A DNA stretch of 36,473 bases from a virus (Duplodnaviria; Heunggongvirae; Uroviricota; Caudoviricetes). Below are positions 1 to 9,998 of this stretch, one piece after another. Under the pieces are notes generated by a model. It did not search any database. It was given only the letters and a program-made list of their open reading frames with translations, and was not told the origin of the DNA. Numbering within the stretch: position 1 is the first letter of the stretch; every line of letters begins with the position of its first letter. The stretch is from the IMG/VR virus record IMGVR_UViG_3300045988_146535; one strand, 5' to 3'. A program made the position numbers and the translations under genes.

Positions 1-160
1 GATGAAAAGACTGTAGGCTGAACTTTTGTCAGCCTATTTATGTTCTTACTACTCTACATTACCTTCGTCATATCTGTATCCATGCAGCCATGTTAAAAAA
101 TCAACAGAAAAAACCATAAAATCTTCTTCGTATAATGTGTCAGGTATATTTTTTATTGAA

Positions 161-276
161 CTTTGTGCCACTGATTTTATCTTCAAAATCAACTCACATT
201 CTGCACAGTTCAACGAATTACGTTGCAGAGCGGTGTTCCGGTCATTTGTTGATACGCGTACATACCCAATAAGCAT
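161..276 (-). pseudogene. Remnant of a Pin/Gin/Hin-family serine DNA invertase (N-terminal ~38 codons only; frameshifted, then unrelated AT-rich sequence)
   Basis: Minus-strand translation from ATG at 274-276 gives MLIGYVRVSTNDRNTALQRNSLNCAECELI, the canonical invertase N-terminus from memory; after a single-base slip the -1 frame still reads EDKISGTK, then similarity ends near 161. The listed ORF 49-312 does not continue as a recombinase. Confidence 0.6.
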
Positions 277-330
277 GGTAGCTCCCCCTGGCAAAAGCAG
301 GAATGATGCCATTTGCTCGTTATTTCTGCA

Positions 331-356
331 TTTTCATAAACGTTGGTTTGGGAGAA
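331..356. repeat. Left crossover site of the invertible tail-fibre segment (26 bp, imperfect dyad)
   Basis: ttttcataaacgttggtttgggagaa; its reverse complement matches the right site at 2179-2204 in the first 14 positions and about 21 of 26 overall (hand alignment). Confidence 0.6.
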
Positions 357-824
357 GGCTCTGCATTACCTGTTGGTGTCCCTGTTCCGTGGCCTTCAGC
401 CACTCCGCCAACAGGCTGGCTGAAATGCAACGGAGCAGCTTTTTCTGCTGAAGAATACCCGGAACTGGCAAAGGCTTACCCGACAAATAAATTGCCAGAT
501 TTACGTGGTGAGTTTATTCGTGGCTGGGATGACGGGCGTGGTATTGATGCTGGACGTGCTTTATTGAGCCTTCAGGCTGGGATGCTGGAAAAACACCGCC
601 ATATTGTTGTTGCCAATGATGGTTACGACACAAAAGATGAATGGGAACTGGCTACGATTTTCAAAAAAACATACACACAAGGACGGGGACTTGATGCCAC
701 AAATACAGGAGGGAGTCTGATCCCATCACCGACACTTCATTCACGAGGGAGTATCGGTAATACTGGCGGGAGTGAGACCCGTCCACGAAATATTGCATTT
801 AACTTTATCGTGAGGGCTGCATAA
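345..824 (+). CDS. Alternative tail-fibre C-terminal variable segment (silent orientation; no own start, expressed only after inversion)
   Basis: ORF 303-824; from the crossover site it reads NVGLGEGSALPVGVPVPWPSATPPTGWLKCNGAAFSAEEYPELAKAYP, a tail-fibre C-terminus-like sequence. Confidence 0.55.
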   Translation, partial: GLGEGSALPVGVPVPWPSATPPTGWLKCNGAAFSAEEYPELAKAYPTNKLPDLRGEFIRGWDDGRGIDAGRALLSLQAGMLEKHRHIVVANDGYDTKDEWELATIFKKTYTQGRGLDATNTGGSLIPSPTLHSRGSIGNTGGSETRPRNIAFNFIVRAA

Positions 825-1426
825 TGGATAACGCAGTATTAAATAGCGAGTTTATTGCCACGAAGGCGGGGAATATTACCGTCTATAACTACGATGGTGA
901 AACTCGGGAATATATTTCTGCATCAACTGAATATCTTGCAGTGGGTGTCGGTATTCCAGCATATTCCTGTTTAGACGCTCCTGGTACATATAAGGCTGGT
1001 TATACAATTTGCCGTTCTGTAGATTTAAATTCATGGGAATATGTGCCAGACCATCGCGGTGAAATCGTCTATAACACCGAAACGGGAGATGCCAAAGAAA
1101 TCACAGCACCGGGTGATTACCCCGAAAATACAACCACTATCGCCCCATTAACGCCATACGATAAATGGGATGGTGAGAAATGGGTGACCGATACTGAGGC
1201 ACAGCATAGCGCCGCAGTAGACGCGGCAGAAGCACAGCGTCAGTCACTGATTGATGCTGCAATGGCTTCCATCAGTCTGATTCAGCTGAAATTACAGGCC
1301 GGACGGAAGTTGATGCAGGCAGAAACAACCCGGCTTAACGCTGTGCTGGATTACATTGACGCGGTGACGGCAACAAATACCAGCACAGCGCCGGATGTCA
1401 TCTGGCCTGAACTGCCGGAGGCGTAG
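824..1426 (+). CDS. Tail-fibre assembly protein (partner of the silent fibre segment)
   Basis: 200 aa; C-terminus TSTAPDVIWPELPEA resembles the end of the minus-strand Tfa (TSGAPDIEWPTPP); convergent with it. Confidence 0.65.
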   Translation: MDNAVLNSEFIATKAGNITVYNYDGETREYISASTEYLAVGVGIPAYSCLDAPGTYKAGYTICRSVDLNSWEYVPDHRGEIVYNTETGDAKEITAPGDYPENTTTIAPLTPYDKWDGEKWVTDTEAQHSAAVDAAEAQRQSLIDAAMASISLIQLKLQAGRKLMQAETTRLNAVLDYIDAVTATNTSTAPDVIWPELPEA

Positions 1427-1841
1427 GCCATTCAATATCTGGCGCCCCGGAAGTATCGACCAGTTCCAGTGCGTCCAGATAATCCAGCCACAAATTATAT
1501 TGCGCCAGCTCGTCCCCCTTCAGGCGACCAATAGCTGCTTTACCAGGCCATTGCCTACTGTTCATGTATTCGTTGGCATGGTTAATCAATAATTGCCTCT
1601 CTGATTCGGCCTGTTCAATAAGTTCCTCATGTGATGGTGGAGGTATTTCAGCCCATGTGGGAAAACCATTTTCCCCTGCAACTCGGATTTTCCCTTGTGG
1701 CGGTTCCGCCATATATTTTACAGAAATGTCATCAGGAATATCTAATGCATCAGCAGGCCATGTTCCATTTACTTCATAAGTGTTTTTTAAATTAACAGCA
1801 TAAAAAGCATTTTCCGAAGGGGAATAAATATATTGATTCAT
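1398..1841 (-). CDS. Tail-fibre assembly protein (Tfa), expressed orientation
   Basis: 147 aa directly downstream of the tail-fibre gene on the same strand; Tfa-like C-terminus. Confidence 0.7.
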   Translation of the reverse strand: MNQYIYSPSENAFYAVNLKNTYEVNGTWPADALDIPDDISVKYMAEPPQGKIRVAGENGFPTWAEIPPPSHEELIEQAESERQLLINHANEYMNSRQWPGKAAIGRLKGDELAQYNLWLDYLDALELVDTSGAPDIEWPTPPAVQAR

Positions 1842-1842
1842 A

Positions 1843-2481
1843 TTATCTTCCTATTGCGATAATCATAGTTCCATACAAACCATTTCCGGTTGATACTTTT
1901 AAAGTTACTGATGTCCTTGTTGTCGTGTACCCCATAAGTTTAAAGGTCGGAGCAGCCGTTAATGAGCCATCTGACCATAAGGCACTAACAGCTAGTGCGC
2001 CTGAAGGAAATGCAATAGGGAAATTACCTGTAGTTCCGTTAGTGTCCGCCCCATAAACATTCATCGAAAACATTTGGACAATATGACCACTTGGTAACTG
2101 AAACCAGTTTTTGCCAGATGGAAATGCAGACATATCTGGTATCTGATTTTCCCCTGTTCCCACATTCCGTTTTGCCGCTTCTCCCAAACCAAGGTTTTCG
2201 AGAGCCGTTTTCACCGTGCCATCCGATTTGATATCGCCAAACGGATTTTTGCGACTTAACAGCAGCGCACGAAGCGCGGTAAGCAGCTGGTCGTGCCTCT
2301 CCTTCTCCAGGCTGGCACCGGATGCCTCCACCACGCTACAAAGCTCTTCCTGCAACATGTCAAAGTAGTCATCATCCAGATCGGTGGCAGGCGTGCCGGT
2401 CTGGGGGTTGCCACGGGTAAAACCGTTCTTACCCGCGCCGAACTTATCCTTCTGCGCGGTTTTCGTGTCTATGCGATGCAT
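1843..2481 (-). CDS. Side tail-fibre protein (constant N-terminal part outside, variable C-terminal part inside the invertible segment)
   Basis: 212 aa; crossover site falls at residues ~94-101; position after the baseplate genes. Confidence 0.7.
   Translation of the reverse strand: MHRIDTKTAQKDKFGAGKNGFTRGNPQTGTPATDLDDDYFDMLQEELCSVVEASGASLEKERHDQLLTALRALLLSRKNPFGDIKSDGTVKTALENLGLGEAAKRNVGTGENQIPDMSAFPSGKNWFQLPSGHIVQMFSMNVYGADTNGTTGNFPIAFPSGALAVSALWSDGSLTAAPTFKLMGYTTTRTSVTLKVSTGNGLYGTMIIAIGR
2179..2204. repeat. Right crossover site of the invertible tail-fibre segment (26 bp, imperfect dyad), inside the tail-fibre gene
   Basis: ttctcccaaaccaaggttttcgagag; half-sites TTCTCCCAAACC / GGTTTTCGAGAG around a central AA; overlaps the codons for ENLGLGE. 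Confidence 0.6.
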
Positions 2482-2484
2482 GGA

Positions 2485-3069
2485 TTACTCCGGATATTTA
2501 AAAATTACGTAGGTATGAGACGGACAGAGTTTGTTAAGCACACATTCGACAACGGTGTCGCCCCAGATACGCAGTGCGGAATCACAGGGATCGCCACATG
2601 TCATCCAGGTGGTGTTTGTGGCGGCTGGCATGTTGACCTGCCAGTAATACCGCCATTCCGGCGCATTCACCGCGTCAGTACAGGCCGATGAGCAGGTGAA
2701 CGTGCTTTTGTCGTATCGCGTGATGGTAGCGTCTGGTCTGCCCAGGGCAGCAAGCTGTGCAAGATAAAAATTCTCGTTGATGCCGCCCGCCAGGTTAACC
2801 TTCGCATCCAGCCGTTGCTGACGCTGGCGAAGGGTCTGTGTCCCTGCGGGAATACATTCATCCGGCAGACCGCACAGACGCTCCCAGCGGTTTATCAGTT
2901 CAGTGGTGGTGCGCGGATCCAGCTCCCGCATCAGGGCATCCGCACGCTGATGAACGCGGGTTAATGACGGTGCCGCACCGGCAATCGACGGATCGCTGGC
3001 TGACCACGCCGGACCGGGGGGCAACAGTGCCGACAACAGACGGATGTAATCATCGTTTGTCACGTCCAT
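2485..3069 (-). CDS. Mu gp48-like tail/baseplate protein
   Basis: 194 aa following the baseplate J-like gene in the Mu-type tail gene order. Confidence 0.6.
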   Translation of the reverse strand: MDVTNDDYIRLLSALLPPGPAWSASDPSIAGAAPSLTRVHQRADALMRELDPRTTTELINRWERLCGLPDECIPAGTQTLRQRQQRLDAKVNLAGGINENFYLAQLAALGRPDATITRYDKSTFTCSSACTDAVNAPEWRYYWQVNMPAATNTTWMTCGDPCDSALRIWGDTVVECVLNKLCPSHTYVIFKYPE

Positions 3070-4118
3070 GAAATCGTCCCCAGTACCGCCAGTTCATTTT
3101 TTGCAATGGAGATATTGTCTGCCGGTGCAAGCAACTGATGGCTGTATTCCCCGTTCGCACCGGAAATCGCCTCACTGATACGCGATACCTTCAGTTCTCC
3201 CTGCGGATAACCATCACGCAGCAGGAACGAACGCAACTCCGCGGTGATGGCAGCCCGTATTTCCGGTGTGTCCGGCGTCACGCGGATATGAAAATCCACC
3301 GTATGTGCCACCGGCCTGAACACATACAAATCAGAGCCTGCCACCGGGGCCAGTGGCCCGATATGTTGTCTTGCCGCCGTTTCCGTTGATTCTTCCGGAA
3401 TGGGATTAATCAGGTCACTGCTGGCAATCATCACACCGACAGTTCCCGTTCCCATCCAGTGACGGTATGTCCATGCGCGGGTAATGCCGGGCACTTCTTT
3501 AGCCCAGACGACATAGTCCCCGTCAGCCCCGCCCTGCGGCGTCCAGTAATACCGCTCAATGACGCGGGCGCGCCACGTTTCCAGCTCTTCAGTATCAAAT
3601 CCGCCTGTCAGGGTGTCAGCCACACCGGAAGACGGCAGACCATTCACCGGCGTGACCAGGATTAATGCCGTACCGTCGTCAGCGTTACCGACCGCGCCTG
3701 CACTTGAGCAGGCGATCGGCACGCGCAGGACACCACCGGAGCTGGTTGCATCGGCAGTTGCCGTGTACTGAACCAGGTCATCGCGCTGAATAACACTCCC
3801 GGCGGTCACCTTCAGGCCATCGCTGACACCTTCCCAGCGCATATACCCGCTGGCAGCCGTGGCCCCCTTGCGCGGACACCGTTTCATCGCAGCATGTCGC
3901 GCCAGCCAGGACTCATCGCACAGGTCAGGCAGCATGTTCATTGCCAGATAATCGATGTACCCGTAAACCGTATGCAGCGCCGCCGCATACACCTTTGCCC
4001 GCACGTCTTCATCCATGCGCCGGAGCGTGTCGCTGACGTCCAGCCTGGCGAATAAATCGTTACGGAGCATACTGATATTTTCTGCCAGCGTCGGGCGCTG
4101 AAATTCACTGTCCGCCAT
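3060..4118 (-). CDS. Baseplate J-like protein (Mu gp47-like)
   Basis: 352 aa; position and size in the Mu-type baseplate module. Confidence 0.65.
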   Translation of the reverse strand: MADSEFQRPTLAENISMLRNDLFARLDVSDTLRRMDEDVRAKVYAAALHTVYGYIDYLAMNMLPDLCDESWLARHAAMKRCPRKGATAASGYMRWEGVSDGLKVTAGSVIQRDDLVQYTATADATSSGGVLRVPIACSSAGAVGNADDGTALILVTPVNGLPSSGVADTLTGGFDTEELETWRARVIERYYWTPQGGADGDYVVWAKEVPGITRAWTYRHWMGTGTVGVMIASSDLINPIPEESTETAARQHIGPLAPVAGSDLYVFRPVAHTVDFHIRVTPDTPEIRAAITAELRSFLLRDGYPQGELKVSRISEAISGANGEYSHQLLAPADNISIAKNELAVLGTISWT

Positions 4119-4533
4119 GCGTTATCGCACTCCACAGATCATCAAAAGAAATCATTACCGGTCCGTCACGACGCCAGAGGGTGATACTGTTACCCAGTTC
4201 ATTAATCCCGGTGCGGCGGATATCCAGATCAATACGGGACACCACGCCGTCATCAATCATCCATTGCAGGCATTCGCGGATATACCCCCTTACCGTCAGC
4301 ACCAGCTGATTGGTCAGTTTGCTGCGCTGAAGCAGCCACAGTCGGGAGCCGTAACGGTCATTCTGTACCGCAGGCCAGGTATCCCCCCACCATCCCATCG
4401 GGACGTCGGCGTTGTCATCAGGCTCCGCCCGCCGCCAGGTAAACAGGGAAATCACCACGGCGCGGGTCAGCGGATCCAGCGGTGCGCTGGCGCAGGTGCG
4501 TTTACCGTTCACCGTCAGCCACAGTTCCATCAT
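4105..4533 (-). CDS. Baseplate protein (Mu gp46-like)
   Basis: 142 aa between the gp45-like and J-like genes. Confidence 0.6.
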   Translation of the reverse strand: MMELWLTVNGKRTCASAPLDPLTRAVVISLFTWRRAEPDDNADVPMGWWGDTWPAVQNDRYGSRLWLLQRSKLTNQLVLTVRGYIRECLQWMIDDGVVSRIDLDIRRTGINELGNSITLWRRDGPVMISFDDLWSAITHGGQ

Positions 4534-5078
4534 GCCTCCATCGCTTTATCAGGTTTGTCGGTGTTACTGCCCTGACCGTTCTCTCTGTGACGATGCCCGT
4601 TATAGGCAAGCCGCATCGCTGACATGGTGGTGCCGCTGGAGTCGCACAGGTCTTTCACCTGTCCTGTCACTTCCAGGTCCATTTCAAAACGTGCTTTAGG
4701 TGAATTGCGAAACGTGATCGTTTTACCTGCACCGTCCACCACGATCCCCTCCCGGGTCAGCGTCACGGACTGCCCCTGATCGTCATAGACAGCCACCTCA
4801 CCAGTCTGCAGCCCTTTCAGGCGGTAGCGCCGGTCCGACACCGTAACAACCACCGCATGAGAACGGTCACCATCCGGAAACAACACCACCGCTTCCGCAC
4901 CGCTGTTTGCTCTTGCGGTAAAACCGTAGGGTTCAAGATGTTCAACCCCGGCTTTGGGTTCACCGGCAATCAGGGACACATCCACGGTCTGACATTTCGT
5001 GGCGGCACTGATGCTTTTCACCACCGCCCGCCCAATCAGGCCGAGGAGTTGTCGCTGTATGGTTTCAATCGCCTTCAT
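4530..5078 (-). CDS. Baseplate assembly/spike protein (Mu gp45-like)
   Basis: 182 aa; overlapping stop/start coupling with neighbours. Confidence 0.6.
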   Translation of the reverse strand: MKAIETIQRQLLGLIGRAVVKSISAATKCQTVDVSLIAGEPKAGVEHLEPYGFTARANSGAEAVVLFPDGDRSHAVVVTVSDRRYRLKGLQTGEVAVYDDQGQSVTLTREGIVVDGAGKTITFRNSPKARFEMDLEVTGQVKDLCDSSGTTMSAMRLAYNGHRHRENGQGSNTDKPDKAMEA

Positions 5079-6157
5079 CAGAACGGGTCCTCCTGTACTC
5101 TGGCTTTTTTCTTTTTCCGCGCGCCGGGGGCTTCGGGTTCAGGCAGATAAGCATCAGGTGGGCCGACACGGATTTCCGTCAGGGTGCCATTCTGGTCCTG
5201 AGTAAACGTGACTTCCGAGACAAGCAGTTCGGTATTGTCGAAACCACAGACCGGATCGAAGACAATCACCCGCTGGTTGGGCTGCCACAGCGTACCGTTA
5301 CCCTGTCGCCAGCCCTGCACCACATAGGTGGTTTCATCCGTCCGCGCCGCCCGTTGTCGGGCTTCAAAGTCAGCACGCGCAATACAGCCTGCCCCCGTAG
5401 CCTGCCCTGTCTGCCTGATATACATCGGACGGTAACGGGCAATAAATGCATCCTCTGTGCGGGCCCGCAGCGCGGTGGTGGTGGCCTCACCGAAATCATC
5501 GTCGTTTCCGGCACGCTGCCCCGCCACCTGGTAAACTGAAAACCGCTCCCGGATACTCTTCTCCGTATCACAGGAAAGGATGTTTTCCCCAAGTACCAGC
5601 GCGGTATGTGCCTGCGTTGAGCCAATACCACCAATCACCAGCCTGCCGTGCGGGTCGTCATAAGCCAGCGCCTGCTGCTGACCGAGTATTTTGTTGATCA
5701 CCTCGATCACCGTTTCACCGTGATCAGGCTGGACATCCGGAATAACACCCGACGGCGCATCGCTGTTCACCACCTCAATGCCGAAAGGCGCAGCAAGCGC
5801 CTGCGCAATCTGTACCAGCGATCGTCCGTTAAACTGTGTCGGTTCGGCTGCACAGTCAATCAGGTCAGCAGTCAGACTACGTCCGGCAATACCGGTGCTG
5901 ACCGAACGGGCATCGTAACGAACGGGGGTCGCCTCCACCCAGCCGGTGATCACCAGCTCATCACCAATCAGCACTTCCACTTTTGAACCATTTTTAATGC
6001 GCGGCTGAAGCGTGGTGATACCCTCATCACCCGGCCACTGGCGGGTGATCTCCACGCTGAAATCCCGCGCCAGCCGTTCAATACCGGCACCGATGCGCAC
6101 CGATGTCCAGCCATTCCACTCCCGGCCATTTACCCGTAGCGTGACATTGTCGTTCAT
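5078..6157 (-). CDS. Baseplate hub / tail protein (Mu gpP-like)
   Basis: 359 aa; position after the DNA-circulation gene. Confidence 0.6.
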   Translation of the reverse strand: MNDNVTLRVNGREWNGWTSVRIGAGIERLARDFSVEITRQWPGDEGITTLQPRIKNGSKVEVLIGDELVITGWVEATPVRYDARSVSTGIAGRSLTADLIDCAAEPTQFNGRSLVQIAQALAAPFGIEVVNSDAPSGVIPDVQPDHGETVIEVINKILGQQQALAYDDPHGRLVIGGIGSTQAHTALVLGENILSCDTEKSIRERFSVYQVAGQRAGNDDDFGEATTTALRARTEDAFIARYRPMYIRQTGQATGAGCIARADFEARQRAARTDETTYVVQGWRQGNGTLWQPNQRVIVFDPVCGFDNTELLVSEVTFTQDQNGTLTEIRVGPPDAYLPEPEAPGARKKKKARVQEDPF

Positions 6158-7482
6158 TGCACTGGCACCTTCAGAGGGATCACCGGCACAAAGCCGGGAT
6201 GCGTAATGGCATTACGCCGGATAATGTCCGCGTCACGCGCCGCGTTATCAAACCAGGTCGCCGCCAGCACCAGCGCGGGTAAAACCTCATCCGGTGTGCG
6301 CTGAATGATCCGTGCAGACTGTTCAAGGCGCGTGTTGATATCCGCATTCAGATCTGCTTTCACCCGGCGCAGCGCCAGAAACAGCGCATCGCTGGTTGTA
6401 CGGGACAACTCCTTATCAATTGCCGTATTCAGTGTGTCGCGAATGTCAGTCAGTTCTTCCCACGTCGGCAGGTCAACCGTGTTTTTCACCGCCGGTGCAT
6501 TGTTCAGTGCCGGATGCGTGACGGAAGGCCAGCCAGTGCTCTGCGCGGGTGTTGTTGCCTGCCCCACTGCGGAATTCTGCATCACCGCGGAAGTTGTTGG
6601 CGCAGGCAATCGGGTGACGGCATACGCCGCTTCGCTGATTGCGGTCGTACGAAGGGTGCTGGCAACCACGTTACGCTGCTGCGTCGCCGTGGCGGTGGTT
6701 TTACTGTCCGTTTTCCAGACGCCGCGCGGTTGCAGATCGCTGCCGAGGCTGACACCGGAAAGCGTTTTGATCATGGTGACCAGGTCGCTGGCGTTACCAT
6801 AAAGGCGTTTCCCGGTACGCCACATTTTCTGCACCTGCTCAACGAAATTTTTGCCTGACGATGGCGGCGGCAGAAGTACCGAGATATCCCCCTGCAACAG
6901 CCTGGCGGCATCCGATACGGCAGAATCCACCACTTTCATCGCATCAGAAACATACCCCAGCATTATGCTGGCATTACCGATAACGTCGTTCTGCACGAAA
7001 TCCGCCACACCATCGATACTGAAACCGCTGAAGCTGTCACTGATGCAGTCATCCAGTGCAGAACAGGATGACATCAGCGTCTGCGCCGTCGCCGCACCTG
7101 ATGTGGGGTAAGAGAGTTCTCCTGCTTCGACAAACTTCAGGTCAAAGCGGACAATACGCCCTTCACTTTTCGATGTGCTGACCCGAACTTCCCCGTCAAC
7201 ACAGACTTTCAGCTCACCGTATGTCGGATGGACAAGCGTGCCGGGACCGGGTTTATTCAGCGCGTCAATCAGGCGATCGCGCTGGTCAAAGCAGTCATCT
7301 CCCACCACATAAGCCGTGATGGACGGGCGGAAAGTGACTTTTCCCAGATCTTCGGTATAGGGTTTGTCGCGGTTCGGGTATTCGTGCGTTTCCACACGGC
7401 GACCTGTTCCCGCACTTTCTTCTTCGACCTTAAACGGCACGCCGCGAAATGACGCGTCCTGAAGCCTGTCTTTCCACGTCAT
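6154..7482 (-). CDS. Mu-like DNA circulation protein (tail component)
   Basis: 442 aa; N-terminus MTWKDRLQDASFRGVPFKVEEE...HEYPNRDKPYTEDLG typical of this family; follows the tape measure. Confidence 0.7.
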   Translation of the reverse strand: MTWKDRLQDASFRGVPFKVEEESAGTGRRVETHEYPNRDKPYTEDLGKVTFRPSITAYVVGDDCFDQRDRLIDALNKPGPGTLVHPTYGELKVCVDGEVRVSTSKSEGRIVRFDLKFVEAGELSYPTSGAATAQTLMSSCSALDDCISDSFSGFSIDGVADFVQNDVIGNASIMLGYVSDAMKVVDSAVSDAARLLQGDISVLLPPPSSGKNFVEQVQKMWRTGKRLYGNASDLVTMIKTLSGVSLGSDLQPRGVWKTDSKTTATATQQRNVVASTLRTTAISEAAYAVTRLPAPTTSAVMQNSAVGQATTPAQSTGWPSVTHPALNNAPAVKNTVDLPTWEELTDIRDTLNTAIDKELSRTTSDALFLALRRVKADLNADINTRLEQSARIIQRTPDEVLPALVLAATWFDNAARDADIIRRNAITHPGFVPVIPLKVPVQ

Positions 7483-7502
7483 ATATACTCCGAAAATTAA
7501 AA

Positions 7503-7530
7503 AGCCACCTATTAGAAGGTGGCCTTGTAA
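7503..7530 (-). terminator. Intrinsic terminator for the moron gene
   Basis: Minus-strand hairpin GCCACCT-tctaat-AGGTGGC followed by TTTTTAATTTT. Confidence 0.5.
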
Positions 7531-7543
7531 TGAATTTTATTAA

Positions 7544-8074
7544 TTAGCGAGTCAGAAACAACGAATCTTTATACTTTTGCTGTTGTTCATTTAAATACTT
7601 AGCTGTTTCATCGCTGGCAAATGGAAATATTACCGTATTTTTAGGCATGGTAATTTCTTTTTTGTCCAGCGTCAGAGTAAACATAGGAACATACTGAGCA
7701 GAGTAACGCACCGCAGAAACGAGCTCTAGTTTAGACTCTTCAACAACACTTAAATTATCCAGGCTAACTTTCTCTTCATCTTTTTTCTTTGACGCATTTA
7801 AAGTTTTTATTACTTTATTTAATTTCTCCTGAAAATCCTCCTTAAAGTTTTCAGGATTGCCGTCGACAACAAGAATCTGTTCACCCTGATTATCTGGAAA
7901 AATAATCTTTGCACTTATCAATTTATTTTCTTTATAAACATCACCAAGTTTTATGGCTCCTCCAGATAACTGAATAATATGTTCATCTTTAAAGGAGATG
8001 TTGCCAGAGATTATGAGAGATGAAAAAATAGCCGCTGCTCCAAGAATTACACTTGCTGTGATATAGCCTTTCAT
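7544..8074 (-). CDS. Secreted/exported hypothetical protein (moron in the tail module)
   Basis: 176 aa; N-terminal signal-peptide-like MKGYITASVILGAAAIFSSLIISG; visibly AT-rich; own promoter-like sequence (TTGTAA-16-TAGAAT) upstream and terminator downstream. Confidence 0.65.
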   Translation of the reverse strand: MKGYITASVILGAAAIFSSLIISGNISFKDEHIIQLSGGAIKLGDVYKENKLISAKIIFPDNQGEQILVVDGNPENFKEDFQEKLNKVIKTLNASKKKDEEKVSLDNLSVVEESKLELVSAVRYSAQYVPMFTLTLDKKEITMPKNTVIFPFASDETAKYLNEQQQKYKDSLFLTR

Positions 8075-8165
8075 TTTTCGCCTATTAACATTTTTCTAAA
8101 TGTGCATTAATTCTATCACTCTATTTATGACTTACAACCAGCAATACCTGTGAGGGGAATCCTGG

Positions 8166-9998
8166 CTACCAAAATCGGGTATAGCCAACATCGTGATTTA
8201 TATCAATGCCACTGGAGCGTGTTTCCGTAACCCGCATACCTGATGGCATATTTATAAATGATACCTTGATCTCACCATCAACTTTTGGCGCGGTAGCTTT
8301 ATTAATCATGAAAGGATTCGGGCCTGTGGCACCGGAGGCGTTGTTTGCCTGAGCCGGATCCACCTCCGGATAAGGAGTGTATCCCCGTGGCGGTATTCCC
8401 GTCCCATAAGCATCATAAGCACCCGCGCCCCACTGCGCCGAGTTAATGGCATCGACCGTGTCACCGGAACTGTCGGTAAACCACTCAATAATTGGCTTCA
8501 GCTTATCCCACATATCCTGAAACCACTTAACAACCGGTCCCCAGTTATTGATCACCATCCCCAGCGGCGACCAGGCAAAAACCTTCTTCAGAAGTTCCCA
8601 GCCAGCCTCAAAATAAGGACTAATGGTTTCCCAGAGCTTCTTGAAATAAGGTCCGACAACATCCCAGTTAGTGATAATTAATCCCGCAGCCAGGGCTATC
8701 GCCGTCGCAATCATGCCAATCGGCGTCATCGACATAATCCTGCTGACAATACTGATGGCACCGCCAACGCCCATCAATCCCAGTTTCAGAATCGCAAGAC
8801 CGGCAGCAAGCCCGACGACGCCGCGAATAACCCGGGGATTTTCATCCGCAAACTTCGTGAATTTTTCCCCCAACTCCCCCAGCCATTGCGTGATATTTTT
8901 GGCGTCACCAGAAAATGCGCCGCCAATAGCCGCAAGGCCGTTAGTTGCGGTCCCCGTCATTGCCTCCCACAGGTTGGACAGCGTACCAAGCTGGGCCTGA
9001 ACACGTTTATTCAGGCTGGCCTGTTTATTCATCTTCTGCTGGATCTGATCGTAGCCATCCTTTCCTTTATCGATTAGTGCATTGACCACCTGAAGGGTTT
9101 CGGCATCATCACCAAATATTGCCTTAAGTACACCTGTTCGCTTAACGTCGGTCAGTTTTCGCAGCTTTGCCAGTTGCCTGAACATGTTATCAAGACCGCC
9201 AAAACTCCCTTTGCCGTCAGTAAAATCGAGCTGTACCCCGAGTTTCTGGCGGGCCATGACTTTATTGACGTCCCTGATTTTCTTAACGCTTAATCCGGAC
9301 TGGATAACTTTTCGCAGGGCATTACCTGCCGACTCCCCGTTCATCCCCATCTGATCCATCATGACGCTGATGGGGGCAAGGCTCTGTGCAGCCTGAAGAC
9401 CGTCCTTGTTCACCATCTTCAGAACAGAACTGGTTTTAGTGAAGAAGGACAACATGTTGGTATCGTCAACGCCCAGATAAAACGCCTTCTGGATAGTGTC
9501 GAACAGCCCCATCATGTCTTCTGACGCCGTTCCGGTAGCATCCTGCATCTTTGCAGCAAACTCAGCAGCCGCTTCCGGTGTTTTTTTCAGTTGTACCGCA
9601 AGATAAGCTGTCGCTTTACCCACACCACCCAGGATGTTTTCTGCCGGGATCCCCTGACGCACCAGCATCTGCATCATGTTCTGGAAATCAGCCGTTGTAC
9701 CGGGTAGCTGGTTACCCAGGCCAATAGCCAGTTTATTGATGTCCTGAAAGCTCTTTCCAACCTCGCCGTTCGCATCCATCATGGCGACTTTCAGCCCGGT
9801 GGCGGCGTTTTCCTGATCGGCATAAGATTTCAGGGAAAGCGTCAGACCCGCTGCCAGTCCGCCACCAAGCGCCAGCCCACCCTGTGACGCTTCTTCCGCC
9901 TGGCGTTTAAATCCCCGGATTTTCTTTTGCATTTTCGACAGCGCTGGAGAAAGCCTGTCGACACCGGTGATCAACGCCTTAAGCTCAAATTCAGCCAT
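8166..9998 (-). CDS. Tail tape measure protein
   Basis: 610 aa, Gly/Ala-rich with hydrophobic stretches; directly downstream of the frameshifted chaperone pair. Confidence 0.75.
   Translation of the reverse strand: MAEFELKALITGVDRLSPALSKMQKKIRGFKRQAEEASQGGLALGGGLAAGLTLSLKSYADQENAATGLKVAMMDANGEVGKSFQDINKLAIGLGNQLPGTTADFQNMMQMLVRQGIPAENILGGVGKATAYLAVQLKKTPEAAAEFAAKMQDATGTASEDMMGLFDTIQKAFYLGVDDTNMLSFFTKTSSVLKMVNKDGLQAAQSLAPISVMMDQMGMNGESAGNALRKVIQSGLSVKKIRDVNKVMARQKLGVQLDFTDGKGSFGGLDNMFRQLAKLRKLTDVKRTGVLKAIFGDDAETLQVVNALIDKGKDGYDQIQQKMNKQASLNKRVQAQLGTLSNLWEAMTGTATNGLAAIGGAFSGDAKNITQWLGELGEKFTKFADENPRVIRGVVGLAAGLAILKLGLMGVGGAISIVSRIMSMTPIGMIATAIALAAGLIITNWDVVGPYFKKLWETISPYFEAGWELLKKVFAWSPLGMVINNWGPVVKWFQDMWDKLKPIIEWFTDSSGDTVDAINSAQWGAGAYDAYGTGIPPRGYTPYPEVDPAQANNASGATGPNPFMINKATAPKVDGEIKVSFINMPSGMRVTETRSSGIDINHDVGYTRFW

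Larger units (their letters stand above)
331..2204. other. Invertible DNA segment (~1.87 kb) carrying two alternative tail-fibre C-termini and two tail-fibre assembly genes
   Basis: Inverted 26-bp sites at both ends; convergent stf-tfa / tfa'-stf' arrangement as in Mu G and e14 P segments; both alternative fibre segments encode GLGE at the junction. Confidence 0.6.

Noticed and set aside
49-312. 87-aa ORF as an intact small invertase
   Set aside because: Only the first ~30 residues after the internal Met are recombinase-like; the rest is out of frame and unrelated, and the protein is far too short for a serine recombinase. Called as a pseudogene remnant.
303-344. N-terminal part of ORF 303-824 (MMPFARYFCIFI...) as a real translation start
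   Set aside because: It lies upstream of the crossover site and next to the invertase remnant; the segment is an exchangeable C-terminal cassette without its own start.
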